A stretch of 64,000 nt of DNA from the IMG/VR virus record IMGVR_UViG_3300036818_000105, positions 1 through 64,000 of that record; one strand, written 5' to 3'. Shown one piece after another: positions 9,643 to 19,201 of this stretch. Both the position numbers and the translations under genes were made by a program. This DNA comes from a virus. The notes under the pieces were generated by a model that was not told the origin of the DNA, did not search any database, and worked only from the letters and a program-made list of their open reading frames with translations. The first letter of the stretch is position 1. Every line of letters begins with the position of its first letter.

Positions 9643-9796
9643 GTCATTGACGGAAGCTGCCCAGTTGTGACTGAATCAGGGGCGAGGGGGCGGAAGGAAA
9701 CGGAACTAGCGGGAGCGGCCGGGGGGCAGTGCGGCCCCGGCCCGGTCGTGCGTGCTACTTTGTTTCCTACTTCTTCCTAGTGCATGGTTAGGACTC

Positions 9797-10219
9797 ATGA
9801 CGGACCCACGCGACGACTGGCCGCGCCTTGCCGTTTACGTAGCCTCAGCACGCCAGGACGCGGGCTTCAGCACAGTCAGGTCATTCGCCGACGCGCTCGG
9901 GATCACCGAGCGCACCCTGGGCAACCTGGAGCGCGGCAGGCGCGTCAGCCGCGAAACCCTGCTCACCGTCGCGAGGGCAGTCGGGTGGACGCCAGACTCG
10001 CCGCGGAAGATCCTCGCGGGAGGCGAGCCGGTCACGCTCGCCGGGGAGCCCGCCCCCGTTGCGCGGCGGGCAGCCCCGCCCGCGCCGGGGGAAGACGCCC
10101 TCCGCCAGATCATGGAGGACGAGCGCCTGCCGCTCGAGCTGCGCCGCGCCATGGTCGCCCTCGCCCGGCTGATGCGCCAGGCAACTGACGCGGGTAACGC
10201 CGACGCCGACAGCGCCTAG
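9797..10219 (+). CDS. XRE HTH repressor (CI-like)
   Basis: WPRLAVYVASARQDAGF..FADALGITERTLGNLERG..VGWTPDS; divergent from the Cro-like gene. Confidence 0.85.
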   Translation: MTDPRDDWPRLAVYVASARQDAGFSTVRSFADALGITERTLGNLERGRRVSRETLLTVARAVGWTPDSPRKILAGGEPVTLAGEPAPVARRAAPPAPGEDALRQIMEDERLPLELRRAMVALARLMRQATDAGNADADSA

Positions 10220-10569
10220 GGCTCCCCCGCTGGCGGCACCAGGTGAACCGGCCGGGAATCGGGGCGCAGGCTTACCTCGGCGTGCCGGAGCGCGGTCAGG
10301 AGCGTCTCGGAGAGCCCGCCGACCAGCGTCTCAAGCTCGCAGAGCCTGCGCTCAGCGTCCTGCTTCCGCGCCCGCCGCTCGCGCTTCTCCCCGGCCCACG
10401 CGACCCACTGCCGCGCCCTCAGCGCCACGGCGCACGCCGTGTCGGCCGCCGCGCCGAGCCCGGACAGGTAGACGCCCCAGCCGGGGTGCCACTCCGCCCG
10501 TGCCAGCGCCACCGCGAGCCACCCGACGGTGACCATGACCCAGAGAAACCACCTGACTGCCGCCCCCAC
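10216..10569 (-). CDS. membrane protein
   Basis: Two hydrophobic segments plus coiled coil. Confidence 0.55.
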   Translation of the reverse strand: MGAAVRWFLWVMVTVGWLAVALARAEWHPGWGVYLSGLGAAADTACAVALRARQWVAWAGEKRERRARKQDAERRLCELETLVGGLSETLLTALRHAEVSLRPDSRPVHLVPPAGEP

Positions 10570-11060
10570 CGTTTCCGACCCCCTCCGGCCGCCACCCTTC
10601 TTACGGTAAGAGGGGGCGGCGTTGCCCAGCGCAGTGAAAGTACCCCCCGGCGGCCGGGGTCCTGGGCCTGTTGTGCCGGGAGATGGTCTGGCATGCGGGA
10701 AACCTTTACTCTTGTTGCAGGTTATTACCGGTTAGCTACTGTTCGGTCACGACCGTACAACGGTGACCGTGCCTTTCTTCACTTCCCCTTCACTTCTCCT
10801 TCACGTCCCCCGCCAGCCCCCCGGACATCCTCCGCCCCCGGGGCCCCGGCCGCGAGACCCCCGTTCAGGGGACATTCCCGTAACGGCCTGGCCGCCAGCG
10901 CCGGGACGGGGCCGGGGGTGACAGCCCCGTCCCGGCCGGTCAGTGGAAGTCCCAGATGGTGACCTGCGACGCGCGCAGCTCACTGAACTGCCAGCCGCGA
11001 GCCCACGGCGGCAGCACGTTCCCGTTCGCGAAGCTGTTCCCTCTCGCGTGACTATTGCCC

Positions 11061-11468
11061 TTACCCATGCTCACTCACTTCCCGGTACCCGGCGAGCCGC
11101 GCCTTCAGCGCCGCCCTCGTGTCCGCGTCCACGGTCATCGGGACCCCGGCCGAGTCGTACTGCGCACCGGATCCGGTGCGGGTCGCCCACCAGCGGCGTG
11201 ACGGCGACCGCCACACCCGCCAGCCGGGGAACTCCGCCTCCACCTCGCCGATCGCGGCGTCCTCGGCGGCCCGCCGCCCCAGCGCCTCCGCCAGCATCTC
11301 CGGTGAGTTCTGCGCCACCTCGCGCCGCTCCCCGCGCAGGACCAGCGCCCCGCAGAACATCGGGCCCGCCCGGCCGGCCGGCAGCAGGCACCAGAGCTCA
11401 GTCCCCGGGTGGTCGCGCAGGATGCCCTCCAGGGTCGCCGGGGCGCGCGCGGCGCGCACGGCGGTCAC
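11061..11468 (-). CDS. hypothetical protein with Trp-rich small domain
   Basis: EFPGWRVWRS..RWWATR..TVDADT; coupled start. Confidence 0.65.
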   Translation of the reverse strand: MTAVRAARAPATLEGILRDHPGTELWCLLPAGRAGPMFCGALVLRGERREVAQNSPEMLAEALGRRAAEDAAIGEVEAEFPGWRVWRSPSRRWWATRTGSGAQYDSAGVPMTVDADTRAALKARLAGYREVSEHG

Positions 11469-12052
11469 GTCGCCGCGCCCTGGCGTGCCCACCGGGTCCC
11501 GGCGACCGCCTTGTCGAGCTTGCGGCGCATCTCCGCCTCGTACGGGGCCTCGAAGTGCCCAGCGACCGCGCCCGGGGCGACCAGGCCCGGTGACCAGTAC
11601 GCCTGCAGGAACCCGAAGCGCGCGGTGACGGTGAACGCCCCGCGGTAGTCCCCCGCGATCTCACGGGCCGCCTTCCACAAGGGGGGCTCCCGGTCCACGG
11701 GCTCGGCGAGGTGCCCGTCAGGCCCGGTCACGTTCCCCGTCGCCGCGTGCACGGCCCTGCCGCTGCCGTCCTCCGCGGCCCGCTTGCCGCACGCCTCGCA
11801 CCACAGGTCCCCCGCCCTGGGCGGGCCGAAATCCTCCGCCATGGCCGCCCGCAGCTCGTCGGGGGTGCCCTCGGACAGGCAGCCGGGGCGGTCCTGGCGC
11901 CTGGCCCGCCAGCCGTGCTCCTCGTCGTAGCTGACCAGGTACGCGTCGCCCCAGTCGAGCCGGAGCGCCTCCAGTGCCTGTCTCTCGGCTGTGTCGTCTG
12001 CGGGGGCCGCGGGCACTGCCTCGCCCGCGGCCGGCTCCGTGTCCTGCGTCAT
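11465..12052 (-). CDS. hypothetical protein with Trp-rich small domains
   Basis: LRLDWGDAYLV..GWRARRQD..TPDELRAAM. Confidence 0.7.
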   Translation of the reverse strand: MTQDTEPAAGEAVPAAPADDTAERQALEALRLDWGDAYLVSYDEEHGWRARRQDRPGCLSEGTPDELRAAMAEDFGPPRAGDLWCEACGKRAAEDGSGRAVHAATGNVTGPDGHLAEPVDREPPLWKAAREIAGDYRGAFTVTARFGFLQAYWSPGLVAPGAVAGHFEAPYEAEMRRKLDKAVAGTRWARQGAAT

Positions 12053-12138
12053 CTCTGCTGCTCCGCTTCCCGGTAGCTCGTCGTGCGGACGACGCTACGG
12101 CCCTGCGCGGCCTGTGGGTTTCCTGGCGGAAACCTTCG

Positions 12139-13335
12139 TCAGATGACGCCCATGCGCCATGCCAGCCCCCGCAGGTCCCGGCCCCCCGCGTCGTCGAGCA
12201 TCTGCCGGACCAGGTCCCGGACCAGCGGCGAGTTGCGCACCTGCGCGGGTGACAGCCGCTCCGCCGCCCGCAGTTCCGTGACCGCCTCCCGCGTCTTGCC
12301 GCCGAGCATGACGTAGGCGCGGGCCTTCTCCATCCGCAGCGCGGCCCGCCGGTTGCCCGAGGCGAGCGCGCGCGGCTCGGCCGCCGACGCGTACTCCAGC
12401 GCCTTCTCCGCGTTGCCCGCCTCAACGGCCAGGGACGTGAGCCACACCGCCGTGTTGGAGGGCCCGAAAAGCTCCCACGCGTCCGGCCGGTCCTCCATCC
12501 AGCACGCGGCCTTCGCCGCCTCGGCGCCGTGCCCCGCGGCCCCGCCGTGGTCGCCGCTGACCGCGCAGGCCAGGGCGGCGGACAGGCGGAGCATCCCGTA
12601 GACCTCGCGGGCGAGCAGCGACTGCCCCGCGAGCGGCTCCATCGCGTCGGCCGCCGCGGGCATGGCCATCAGCGCCCGCGGCCGGTTCGCCGAGCTGCGC
12701 GCGTGCGCCGCCGCGAACGCCGCCGCGCCCCGCCACACCGGGTCGCCGAGCAGTGCCGCCGCCTCCCGGCCCCGCTCGGCAGCGACCCACGCGAGGTCGG
12801 GCTGCCCCGCGTACCGGAGGGTGATCACGGCCGACTCGGTTGCGGGGACCAGTAGCCGCAGCGCCTCCTCCCGCTCCGCGCCGCCCGCCGTGGCGGCCTG
12901 GACCTCGAGCTCGCCGATCAGCGAGGGGAGGTCGGCGATGAGGCGCGGGTAGTCCGACCAGCGGAGCGCCTTGTCGACCTGGTCGTTGAGCGCCGCCAGC
13001 CCCGCTACCGGGCGGGCCCGGATGTCGGGCGGGTCACCGGGGGAAGCGTCCAGCAGCACCTCTCGCAGCGGGGAGAGGTTCCAGGCGTGCCGTCCGGCCT
13101 GGATGCCGGGGGCGGGCTCGCCGAGCAGGGTGTCCGCGGAAACCTCCAGGGCGTCGGCGAGGTTGGCGACGTCGTACCTGTTGTCGAGCGCCGCGTGGCC
13201 GTTCTCGATCTTCGACAGCCAGCTTTTCGTGTGCCCCGCCAGCCCCGCCGCCTGCTCCAGGGAAAGCCCTTTCGCCCGGCGGGCGCGGCGAACCGTAAGC
13301 CCTATGCTGTCTCGTGCTCTGCTAGGATCGGTCAT
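12139..13335 (-). CDS. XRE HTH regulator with long alpha-helical C-terminal domain
   Basis: VRRARRAKGLSLEQAAGLAGHTKSWLSKIENG; FGPSN, AERLSPAQVR. Confidence 0.9.
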   Translation of the reverse strand: MTDPSRARDSIGLTVRRARRAKGLSLEQAAGLAGHTKSWLSKIENGHAALDNRYDVANLADALEVSADTLLGEPAPGIQAGRHAWNLSPLREVLLDASPGDPPDIRARPVAGLAALNDQVDKALRWSDYPRLIADLPSLIGELEVQAATAGGAEREEALRLLVPATESAVITLRYAGQPDLAWVAAERGREAAALLGDPVWRGAAAFAAAHARSSANRPRALMAMPAAADAMEPLAGQSLLAREVYGMLRLSAALACAVSGDHGGAAGHGAEAAKAACWMEDRPDAWELFGPSNTAVWLTSLAVEAGNAEKALEYASAAEPRALASGNRRAALRMEKARAYVMLGGKTREAVTELRAAERLSPAQVRNSPLVRDLVRQMLDDAGGRDLRGLAWRMGVI

Positions 13336-13751
13336 GACTAAGGGACCTCGCTCGCTGAACTGTAGACCTTCGACAAGCCCACAGTAGCAAGCGAGGTCCA
13401 GCCATTCCCGGGGCTTGATTCGCCCGTGACGGCAGCAACGGCGGCGAGTGCGTCGGCTCGCGCAAATGCACGTGCGACTGCACGCTACGCGCCGCCGGGC
13501 CGGCGGCCCGATAACCTGTAACCGCGCAATCGCGCCACGCCCCCGCCCTCTCCGGAGTTCCCCTTGGACGCGCCCACGGCCGCAATCCTGCTGCCGTCGA
13601 TGACGCGGCTGGCGGTCGCGGTGGCGGGGATTACCGGGCCTGCGGACGTGCGGGAGAGGCTGTGGCTGGCTGAGGCGGGAGAACTGGGCGAGGCTGAGGC
13701 CCGGTGGCTCGGCTCGGAGATCGACGCACTCGCGGGACTGCTGACCCGGCG

Positions 13752-13985
13752 CTAGCCCGTGAACCGCCGGACGACAATCTCGAAGTCCTCCACGCCGCGG
13801 CAGGCACCGAGTGCCATCGCGAGCGCCTGCGGCCCGTCATCCTCGGCCGCCACCACGTGCATCACGACCCGCCGTGAGTCCCCGTCCGGCACCGTGACCG
13901 CGACCTCAACCGGCCGGGCGCCGTTCGGGGGCAGCTCGGGCCACAGTGTCTCCATGCCCGCGTCCGGTGGCCGCATGAGGTCCAT
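13752..13985 (-). CDS. hypothetical protein
   Basis: Plausible composition only. Confidence 0.4.
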   Translation of the reverse strand: MDLMRPPDAGMETLWPELPPNGARPVEVAVTVPDGDSRRVVMHVVAAEDDGPQALAMALGACRGVEDFEIVVRRFTG

Positions 13986-14089
13986 GCGGTCACGGTAACC
14001 GCGGGGGGCGACATTCCGGGGAGCTGCCGGCCGCGTAACGTCCCGGCAACAGCGTGCACCGGACGAGGCAGCCCGGCGTCTAATGGGAC

Positions 14090-14842
14090 ATGACCAACCG
14101 AGCGCTACCCCTCACCGCCGCCGCCCTTGCCCTCGCAGGCCTCGCCGCGTGCGGCCCCTCGTCCTCGTCCACCGCGAGTGCCCCCGCGACCTCATCGAAA
14201 ACCGGTGCCGCGGCGAAGGCCCCGGCCGCAACGGGCACGGTGTCCGCCAAGGCGGCCTGCCAGGCCCTGGCCAACTGGGAGAACGGCTCCTCCAGTCAGT
14301 CCGTGGCCGACAATGCCAGCCTGCGGAAGACGTTCGCGGACACGACCCCGGCCCTGTCGAAGGCGTTCGCCACATGGACCTCCGGCATCAAGTCCGGCTC
14401 CGCGGCGACCGACTCCGATGCTGACTTCGTGTCACTTGAGTGCACGGTCAGCGGCGTCACGGTGTTCCCGTCGGATTCGGCATCGGCGGCGGCCCCGGCG
14501 GCGGGCGCGGCATCTAGCGCCCCCGCCGGGACGGCCTCGCAGGTGCAGGCCCTGGCGGCGGCCGAGGGCTACCTCGGCGACGGGCAGGGCTTCTCGCGGC
14601 TGGGCCTGATCGGCCAGCTTGACTCGTCATACGGCAACAGCTTCTCGGCGGCGGACGCGACCTGGGCCGTTGATCACTCGGACGCCAACTGGGACGCTCA
14701 GGCAGTCGACTGCGCCAAGGGGTACGTAAGCGACGGGCAGGGCTTCTCCCGCGAGGGGCTCATCCAGCAGATGACGTCCGCCTACGGCAGCAAGTTCACC
14801 GAGGCGCAGGCGGAATACGCCGCGACCGCGGTTGGCCTTTAG
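14090..14842 (+). CDS. ltp: Ltp-family surface lipoprotein (superinfection exclusion)
   Basis: Lipobox LAAC; two C-terminal repeats A..Y..GQGFSR.GLI.Q..S.YG..F..A.A..A. Confidence 0.9.
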   Translation: MTNRALPLTAAALALAGLAACGPSSSSTASAPATSSKTGAAAKAPAATGTVSAKAACQALANWENGSSSQSVADNASLRKTFADTTPALSKAFATWTSGIKSGSAATDSDADFVSLECTVSGVTVFPSDSASAAAPAAGAASSAPAGTASQVQALAAAEGYLGDGQGFSRLGLIGQLDSSYGNSFSAADATWAVDHSDANWDAQAVDCAKGYVSDGQGFSREGLIQQMTSAYGSKFTEAQAEYAATAVGL

Positions 14843-14860
14843 CCGCGCGGGCTTCCGGGG

Positions 14861-15208
14861 TCACGCCGGCACCTCGATCCCCTGTGCCGCCGCGCACGGC
14901 GCGCACAGGGGGACGTCGACCGGGCCGAGCGCCGGCGAGTCGTAACGCCTGGAGGTCACCGCGTCCATGGTGCAGATGCCCTTAGCCTCCGGGTGGGCGT
15001 GGCCGCAGAGGCAGTGGCACGGCCGGTACTCGCGCAGCGCCTTGCCGAACTCCCGCGCCGCGACCGCCGCGCGCACCTGAGGGTCGTCGGCCAGTTCCGC
15101 GGCGGAGCGGACGATCGGGCCGAGGCGGCCGAGGTAGGCCGCCACGGCGTTGCCCCAGGCGTCGACCAGGCGGATCGCGAACTCCTCCGGGTCGTCAGGC
15201 TCGCTCAC
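14861..15208 (-). CDS. Cys/His-rich hypothetical protein
   Basis: CHCLCGHAH..C..CAPC; coupled start. Confidence 0.6.
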   Translation of the reverse strand: MSEPDDPEEFAIRLVDAWGNAVAAYLGRLGPIVRSAAELADDPQVRAAVAAREFGKALREYRPCHCLCGHAHPEAKGICTMDAVTSRRYDSPALGPVDVPLCAPCAAAQGIEVPA

Positions 15209-15873
15209 CGTGCCTTCGCCTCGGGGACGGCCTGCCCGCACGCGTGGCACCTGCCCGACCTGCGGTCGATCTCCCGCTCGACCTCGCGCCTGATCCACGA
15301 GCTGACTTCCATGCCCTCGGCGGCCGCGACCTGCTTTGCCGCGGCGGCGAGGGCGACCGGGAACCTGACCGACACGTGCTCGCTCAGCGGCCCGGGTGCC
15401 CGCGTCTCCGTCTCCGCGTGGCCGCGCAGCAGTTCCAGTACCTTCGCCCGGACGTCGTCGAGGGTGAACTCCTCCTCGGCCGCCATGCCGATGTCGGCCA
15501 GCGCCTGCGCGCCCTCGGAGTTGTCGGCGTCGCGGATCAGGGCGAGGAGCAGGTGCTCCGTCGCCACGTAGTTGCAGCCGAGCTGCAGGGACTCGCGGAG
15601 GGCAAGCTCAGCGACCTTCCTGAAGCGCGCGGTCCACGGGAGCCACCCCGCGGACGGCCTGCTGCCCGGACGGTGGCACCGCCAGACGGCCTCACCCGCC
15701 GCCTTGTCCGTGACCCCGAGCGCGCCCAGCGCCTGGAAGGCCACCCCGCCGCCCTCGCCGATCAGGCCGAGCAAGAGGTGATCAGTCCCAACGGCATCGT
15801 GGCCCAGGCCGGCCGCCTCCCCCTGGGCTAGCTCGACGGCGCGCTTGGCGCGGTCGGTGTATCGCTCGAACAT
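15205..15873 (-). CDS. ClpC N-terminal (double Clp-N) domain fused to ribbon-helix-helix domain
   Basis: MFERYTDRAKRAVELAQ..GTDHLLLGL; ALRESLQLGCNYVATEHLLLAL; then VSVRFP..AAAEGMEVSSWIRR and CHAC. Confidence 0.9.
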   Translation of the reverse strand: MFERYTDRAKRAVELAQGEAAGLGHDAVGTDHLLLGLIGEGGGVAFQALGALGVTDKAAGEAVWRCHRPGSRPSAGWLPWTARFRKVAELALRESLQLGCNYVATEHLLLALIRDADNSEGAQALADIGMAAEEEFTLDDVRAKVLELLRGHAETETRAPGPLSEHVSVRFPVALAAAAKQVAAAEGMEVSSWIRREVEREIDRRSGRCHACGQAVPEAKAR

Positions 15874-15920
15874 GCTGTGATCCTCTCATCGGGTAATGCG
15901 TTACGGCAGGGCCGGGCGGG

Positions 15921-16532
15921 TCATCCGCGAGACACGGACGGCGCCAGCAGATCAAAGCGCCCGTGTTCGATCAGGTACTCCACGAGCCGGGCCTTGGCCT
16001 CGGGCGTCCGGTTATGAACGTCGTTGAACAGCGGCTGCTCGGCCTTGATGGCCGCCTTCTCGGCGGCGAGCGCGGCGGCGCGGCTCGGGTGCCGCTCCAC
16101 GGTCGACCTGATCGCGAAGTCCATCCATGACGACCCGTTGGCGTGCCCGTTCGTGCGGCTGCCCAGGTTGACGGCAATGCCGATGTACAGAAGCAGGTCC
16201 GCGGCGTCGTACCAGCGGTAGAGGGCGGTCTCGCGGCCTTCCGCGGGGACTTCCGCTTCTGCGGGCTCCCGCAAGGCCGGTTCCTGGGCCAGCATCCACT
16301 CGTGGGCGTCACTGTGCGGGGCGGACAACGGGACGTCCAGCCCGGCTTTACGCAAGGCGCAGCGCAGCTCGGGGAGGATGAGAAAGAGCATTGCTTCTGC
16401 GTACCAGGAGGCTTCGTGGTACGCGTCCGCATGTTTGGCGATCCGGCGTGCGGTCTGCTCGGTGAGGTCAAGCAGTGCGGCGGGGGTAAACGAACTTGCC
16501 TCGCCGCCCGCGGATTCTTCCACCGTGGTCAC
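15921..16532 (-). CDS. GIY-YIG nuclease
   Basis: ALYRWYD...LLYIGI...R..H...E..AIKAEQPLFN. Confidence 0.85.
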   Translation of the reverse strand: MTTVEESAGGEASSFTPAALLDLTEQTARRIAKHADAYHEASWYAEAMLFLILPELRCALRKAGLDVPLSAPHSDAHEWMLAQEPALREPAEAEVPAEGRETALYRWYDAADLLLYIGIAVNLGSRTNGHANGSSWMDFAIRSTVERHPSRAAALAAEKAAIKAEQPLFNDVHNRTPEAKARLVEYLIEHGRFDLLAPSVSRG

Positions 16533-17341
16533 GATGCCTCCAAATGCTCGCGCGCGTAGCTACCTGTAGTGGTGCTCTCTGCGTCACCGGTTCGGAAGTG
16601 TTGAGCATCATCAGCCACCGGTTCGTTAAATCGTGAACTCGTGGTTTTCGAGTTTGCGATTTGCGGCAAGCGGAGCGCGCCAGGCTTTTGATCTTGGGGA
16701 CCGGTTTTGACGTTGGGGGACGCTGAGGGGACGGGGTCGCCAGATTCGGCGACCTTTGATACCAAAAGTGGCGACCTTTGAGGCTCAGTGCTCGCCACTT
16801 CCGGCAAGCTATACGGATCTCCGTCCGTCTCTGTCGTGACGTGATAGCTCGCCACTTCCGGCGACCTTTCCTCGTCCTCGTAGTCCCCGGCCAGATCGTC
16901 AAAGGTAGCCACTTCCGGCGACCTTTGAGGCTTGGGGCGCGGCGGCAGGTGCGGGACCGTGAACCGCAGGGCGTGCCCCTTGGCGGCGTACACCAGGCGG
17001 CCGCGCTTGTCCCTGACCGGATACCCGTCCCGGCCGGTGATCGGCAACCGCATGTCGTAGCCCTCTTCGGCGAGGTCGGCCAGCGTCCGGGAGATCGCGC
17101 GGGCGCTCATGTTGCACCGCTCGACCAGGCCGTCCGTCCAGTCGCCGCGCCGGAACTCGCCTTCGATCGGCAGCGCCGCCCACGGGCTCGGCTTCGGCCA
17201 GTCCTCGGCTGGTGGAAGGGGGTCCTTCTCACGCCCGGGATCGCGGGCCTCGTCGGCGATCTCTTCCGCGACAAAGCGCATTAGCGGGGACCACTCGGAG
17301 GGCGCGCCGTCGCGGATCATGCGCCGCAGCTTGTAACCCAC
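16529..17341 (-). CDS. putative replication initiator (winged-HTH)
   Basis: EIADEARD..LVERCNMSARAISRTLADL; internal iteron-like repeats. Confidence 0.65.
   Translation of the reverse strand: MGYKLRRMIRDGAPSEWSPLMRFVAEEIADEARDPGREKDPLPPAEDWPKPSPWAALPIEGEFRRGDWTDGLVERCNMSARAISRTLADLAEEGYDMRLPITGRDGYPVRDKRGRLVYAAKGHALRFTVPHLPPRPKPQRSPEVATFDDLAGDYEDEERSPEVASYHVTTETDGDPYSLPEVASTEPQRSPLLVSKVAESGDPVPSASPNVKTGPQDQKPGALRLPQIANSKTTSSRFNEPVADDAQHFRTGDAESTTTGSYAREHLEAS
16739..16930. repeat. five ~20-bp iteron-like repeats, consensus GCCACTTCCGGCGACCTTTG
   Basis: Copies at 16739, 16761, 16794, 16851, 16908. Confidence 0.8.
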
Positions 17342-17519
17342 GGGCGCTCTCGGAGGGGATTAGCGGGCAGGGGGACACTGTCGATCTCCTGAAAGGACTC
17401 GGATCGGCAAGGCCCCCCGGAGCGCCCGCTATTGCGCTCCGGAGGTTCTCTCATGCAACTATCGCGGGGAGTCTACCCCTGTTTCGCCAGTTCGTCCCCG
17501 GCTCGCCCGGTGCGCGCGC

Positions 17520-17930
17520 TCAGCGTGCGGCGAGTGCGGCGTTCAGATGCTCTTGCACCGGCTCGAAGAAACCGAACGGCACGTACTCGCCGAGCTCGCC
17601 GATCGGCACCCACTCCACCGCGTCGTGCTCCTCGGGGTCCCCGATGCGCGCAGTCCCGGCGATCACGTCGCACGCCACGTAGGCCATGTGCCGTTTCGTG
17701 GCCGGGTGCACACGCTCGCCGAGAAACCGGCGCGCTTCCACGGTCAGCCCGGTCTCCTCCAGCGCTTCCCTCACTGCGGCCTGCTCGGCGCTCTCGCCCG
17801 CCTCGACGGCGCCGCCAGGCAGCGCCCACAGGACGGTCCCTTCCTGCTCGCGCCGCCGGGCCAGCAGCAGCCGCCCGTCCTGCACGATGACCGCCGACGC
17901 GACGGGGGGCTTGCCGTTGCCGTCAGACAT
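17520..17930 (-). CDS. NUDIX hydrolase
   Basis: Nudix box GGAVEAGESAEQAAVREALEETG. Confidence 0.95.
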   Translation of the reverse strand: MSDGNGKPPVASAVIVQDGRLLLARRREQEGTVLWALPGGAVEAGESAEQAAVREALEETGLTVEARRFLGERVHPATKRHMAYVACDVIAGTARIGDPEEHDAVEWVPIGELGEYVPFGFFEPVQEHLNAALAAR

Positions 17931-18594
17931 GCTGTTCCTCCAGTGCTTCCAGGACCGGCGGGAAAACTGATCCCCGCGGTATCCAGCCGGTTATCTCCGC
18001 CGCGGGCACCCACAGGACACCCTCGTTCTCCGCCTCGTCGCGGTTGACCGCCTCGCCTGCCTCGTAGGCGCAGGCGAAGTAGTGGCAGTGCACTCCCGTC
18101 ACGGGATGTACCCGGCTTCCGAGGTGCCGCGTCACTGCGCAGGCAACGCCGGTCTCGTTCAGGGTCTCCCGCACGGCGGTCGCCGCGGCGTCGTCGCCGG
18201 GCTTCACGGTCCCGGCGGGGAAGCCGGTCCTGATGCCGGACCCGTCATCGCGCCTGCGCACCAGGAGCACGTCCGGCCCGCGCGTCACGACGGCCATGGC
18301 GACGCGGAAGAACTGCGGCGCGGTCGGCCCCTCGGGACTGGCCAGCTCGGCGAACCGGGCGCGCTCATGGGATGCGGCCGCGGCGTAGGCGTCGTCGAGC
18401 TTCCGCTGGACCGCGGCGCGCGGCACAGTGCCGGGCTTCTCCGCCCAGCCTGCCACGGTCCTGACGGAGACCGCCAGCTTCACGGCGAACGCCTCCGTTG
18501 TCAGGCGCAGGGCAGTGCGCAGCGCGGTGGCGTCCCGTCCGGTCCACGCGCGCCCCGCCACCGTTAACCGCCCCAAATTGCATCGGAACCGCAT
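17923..18594 (-). CDS. XRE HTH-NUDIX fusion (start uncertain)
   Basis: WTGRDATALRTALRLTTEAFAVKLAVSVRTVAGW plus GTVKPGDDAAATAVRETLNETG. Confidence 0.85.
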   Translation of the reverse strand: MRFRCNLGRLTVAGRAWTGRDATALRTALRLTTEAFAVKLAVSVRTVAGWAEKPGTVPRAAVQRKLDDAYAAAASHERARFAELASPEGPTAPQFFRVAMAVVTRGPDVLLVRRRDDGSGIRTGFPAGTVKPGDDAAATAVRETLNETGVACAVTRHLGSRVHPVTGVHCHYFACAYEAGEAVNRDEAENEGVLWVPAAEITGWIPRGSVFPPVLEALEEQHV

Positions 18595-18714
18595 GGCGCC
18601 CGCCCGGCTCCGGAGGTTGACTGGACGCCGTGAGCCCTCAGGAGATGCAGCGGATCAGTGAGGCACTCGCGGGTGCACTCAGGCGCCTGGACGAACTGGA
18701 GCGCCATCTCGGCG

Positions 18715-19068
18715 TCAGCCACTCTCCCGCTCCTTCCCGAACGCATGCCGCTCCAGAGCGCCCAGCCGGTCGAGCACCTCTGCTAGCTGCTCGGTAAGCC
18801 TCTGGTACTCGGGTGTCGCGTCAGCGTCTCCTGGCATCTTCAGCACGAACGTTCCCCTCGTGCTGCCCCTGCTGACCACGCCCTCGTCGGCGAGTATGTC
18901 CAGCGCGTCCCGCAGTGTCCCGACCGCGACCCCGTACTGCTCGGCGAGCTCACGCTGTGACGGCAGCCGGGTCCCGACCTTGATCCGGCCGTCTTTCACC
19001 TGCCTACGCAGGTCTTCGGCTATCTGCTCGTAGGCGGCGCGGGGGTCGTTCACGTCGGGAACCGGCAC
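18715..19068 (-). CDS. GntR-family regulator (KorSA-like)
   Basis: YEQIAEDLRRQV..G.RLPSQRELAEQYGVAVGTLRDALDILADEG..GTFV. Confidence 0.93.
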   Translation of the reverse strand: MPVPDVNDPRAAYEQIAEDLRRQVKDGRIKVGTRLPSQRELAEQYGVAVGTLRDALDILADEGVVSRGSTRGTFVLKMPGDADATPEYQRLTEQLAEVLDRLGALERHAFGKERESG

Positions 19069-19133
19069 GTGTACAGGGTAGGTGCACGGCCTGGTCTAGG
19101 CCAGCCTGCCTCACCTGCATTTTCCGGATGAGC

Positions 19134-19163
19134 TTGACTGATTCAGATGTGTCAGTTTAAGCT
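19134..19163 (+). promoter_or_regulatory. promoter for the rightward Xis-WhiB-tra operon
   Basis: TTGACT, 18 nt, TAAGCT; CTAG/TAGAC elements and near-palindrome CTGGTCTAGGCCAG nearby. Confidence 0.55.
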
Positions 19164-19201
19164 AGATCAAGGTAGACATCACTAGACTAGGGAGAGCGCC
19201 G

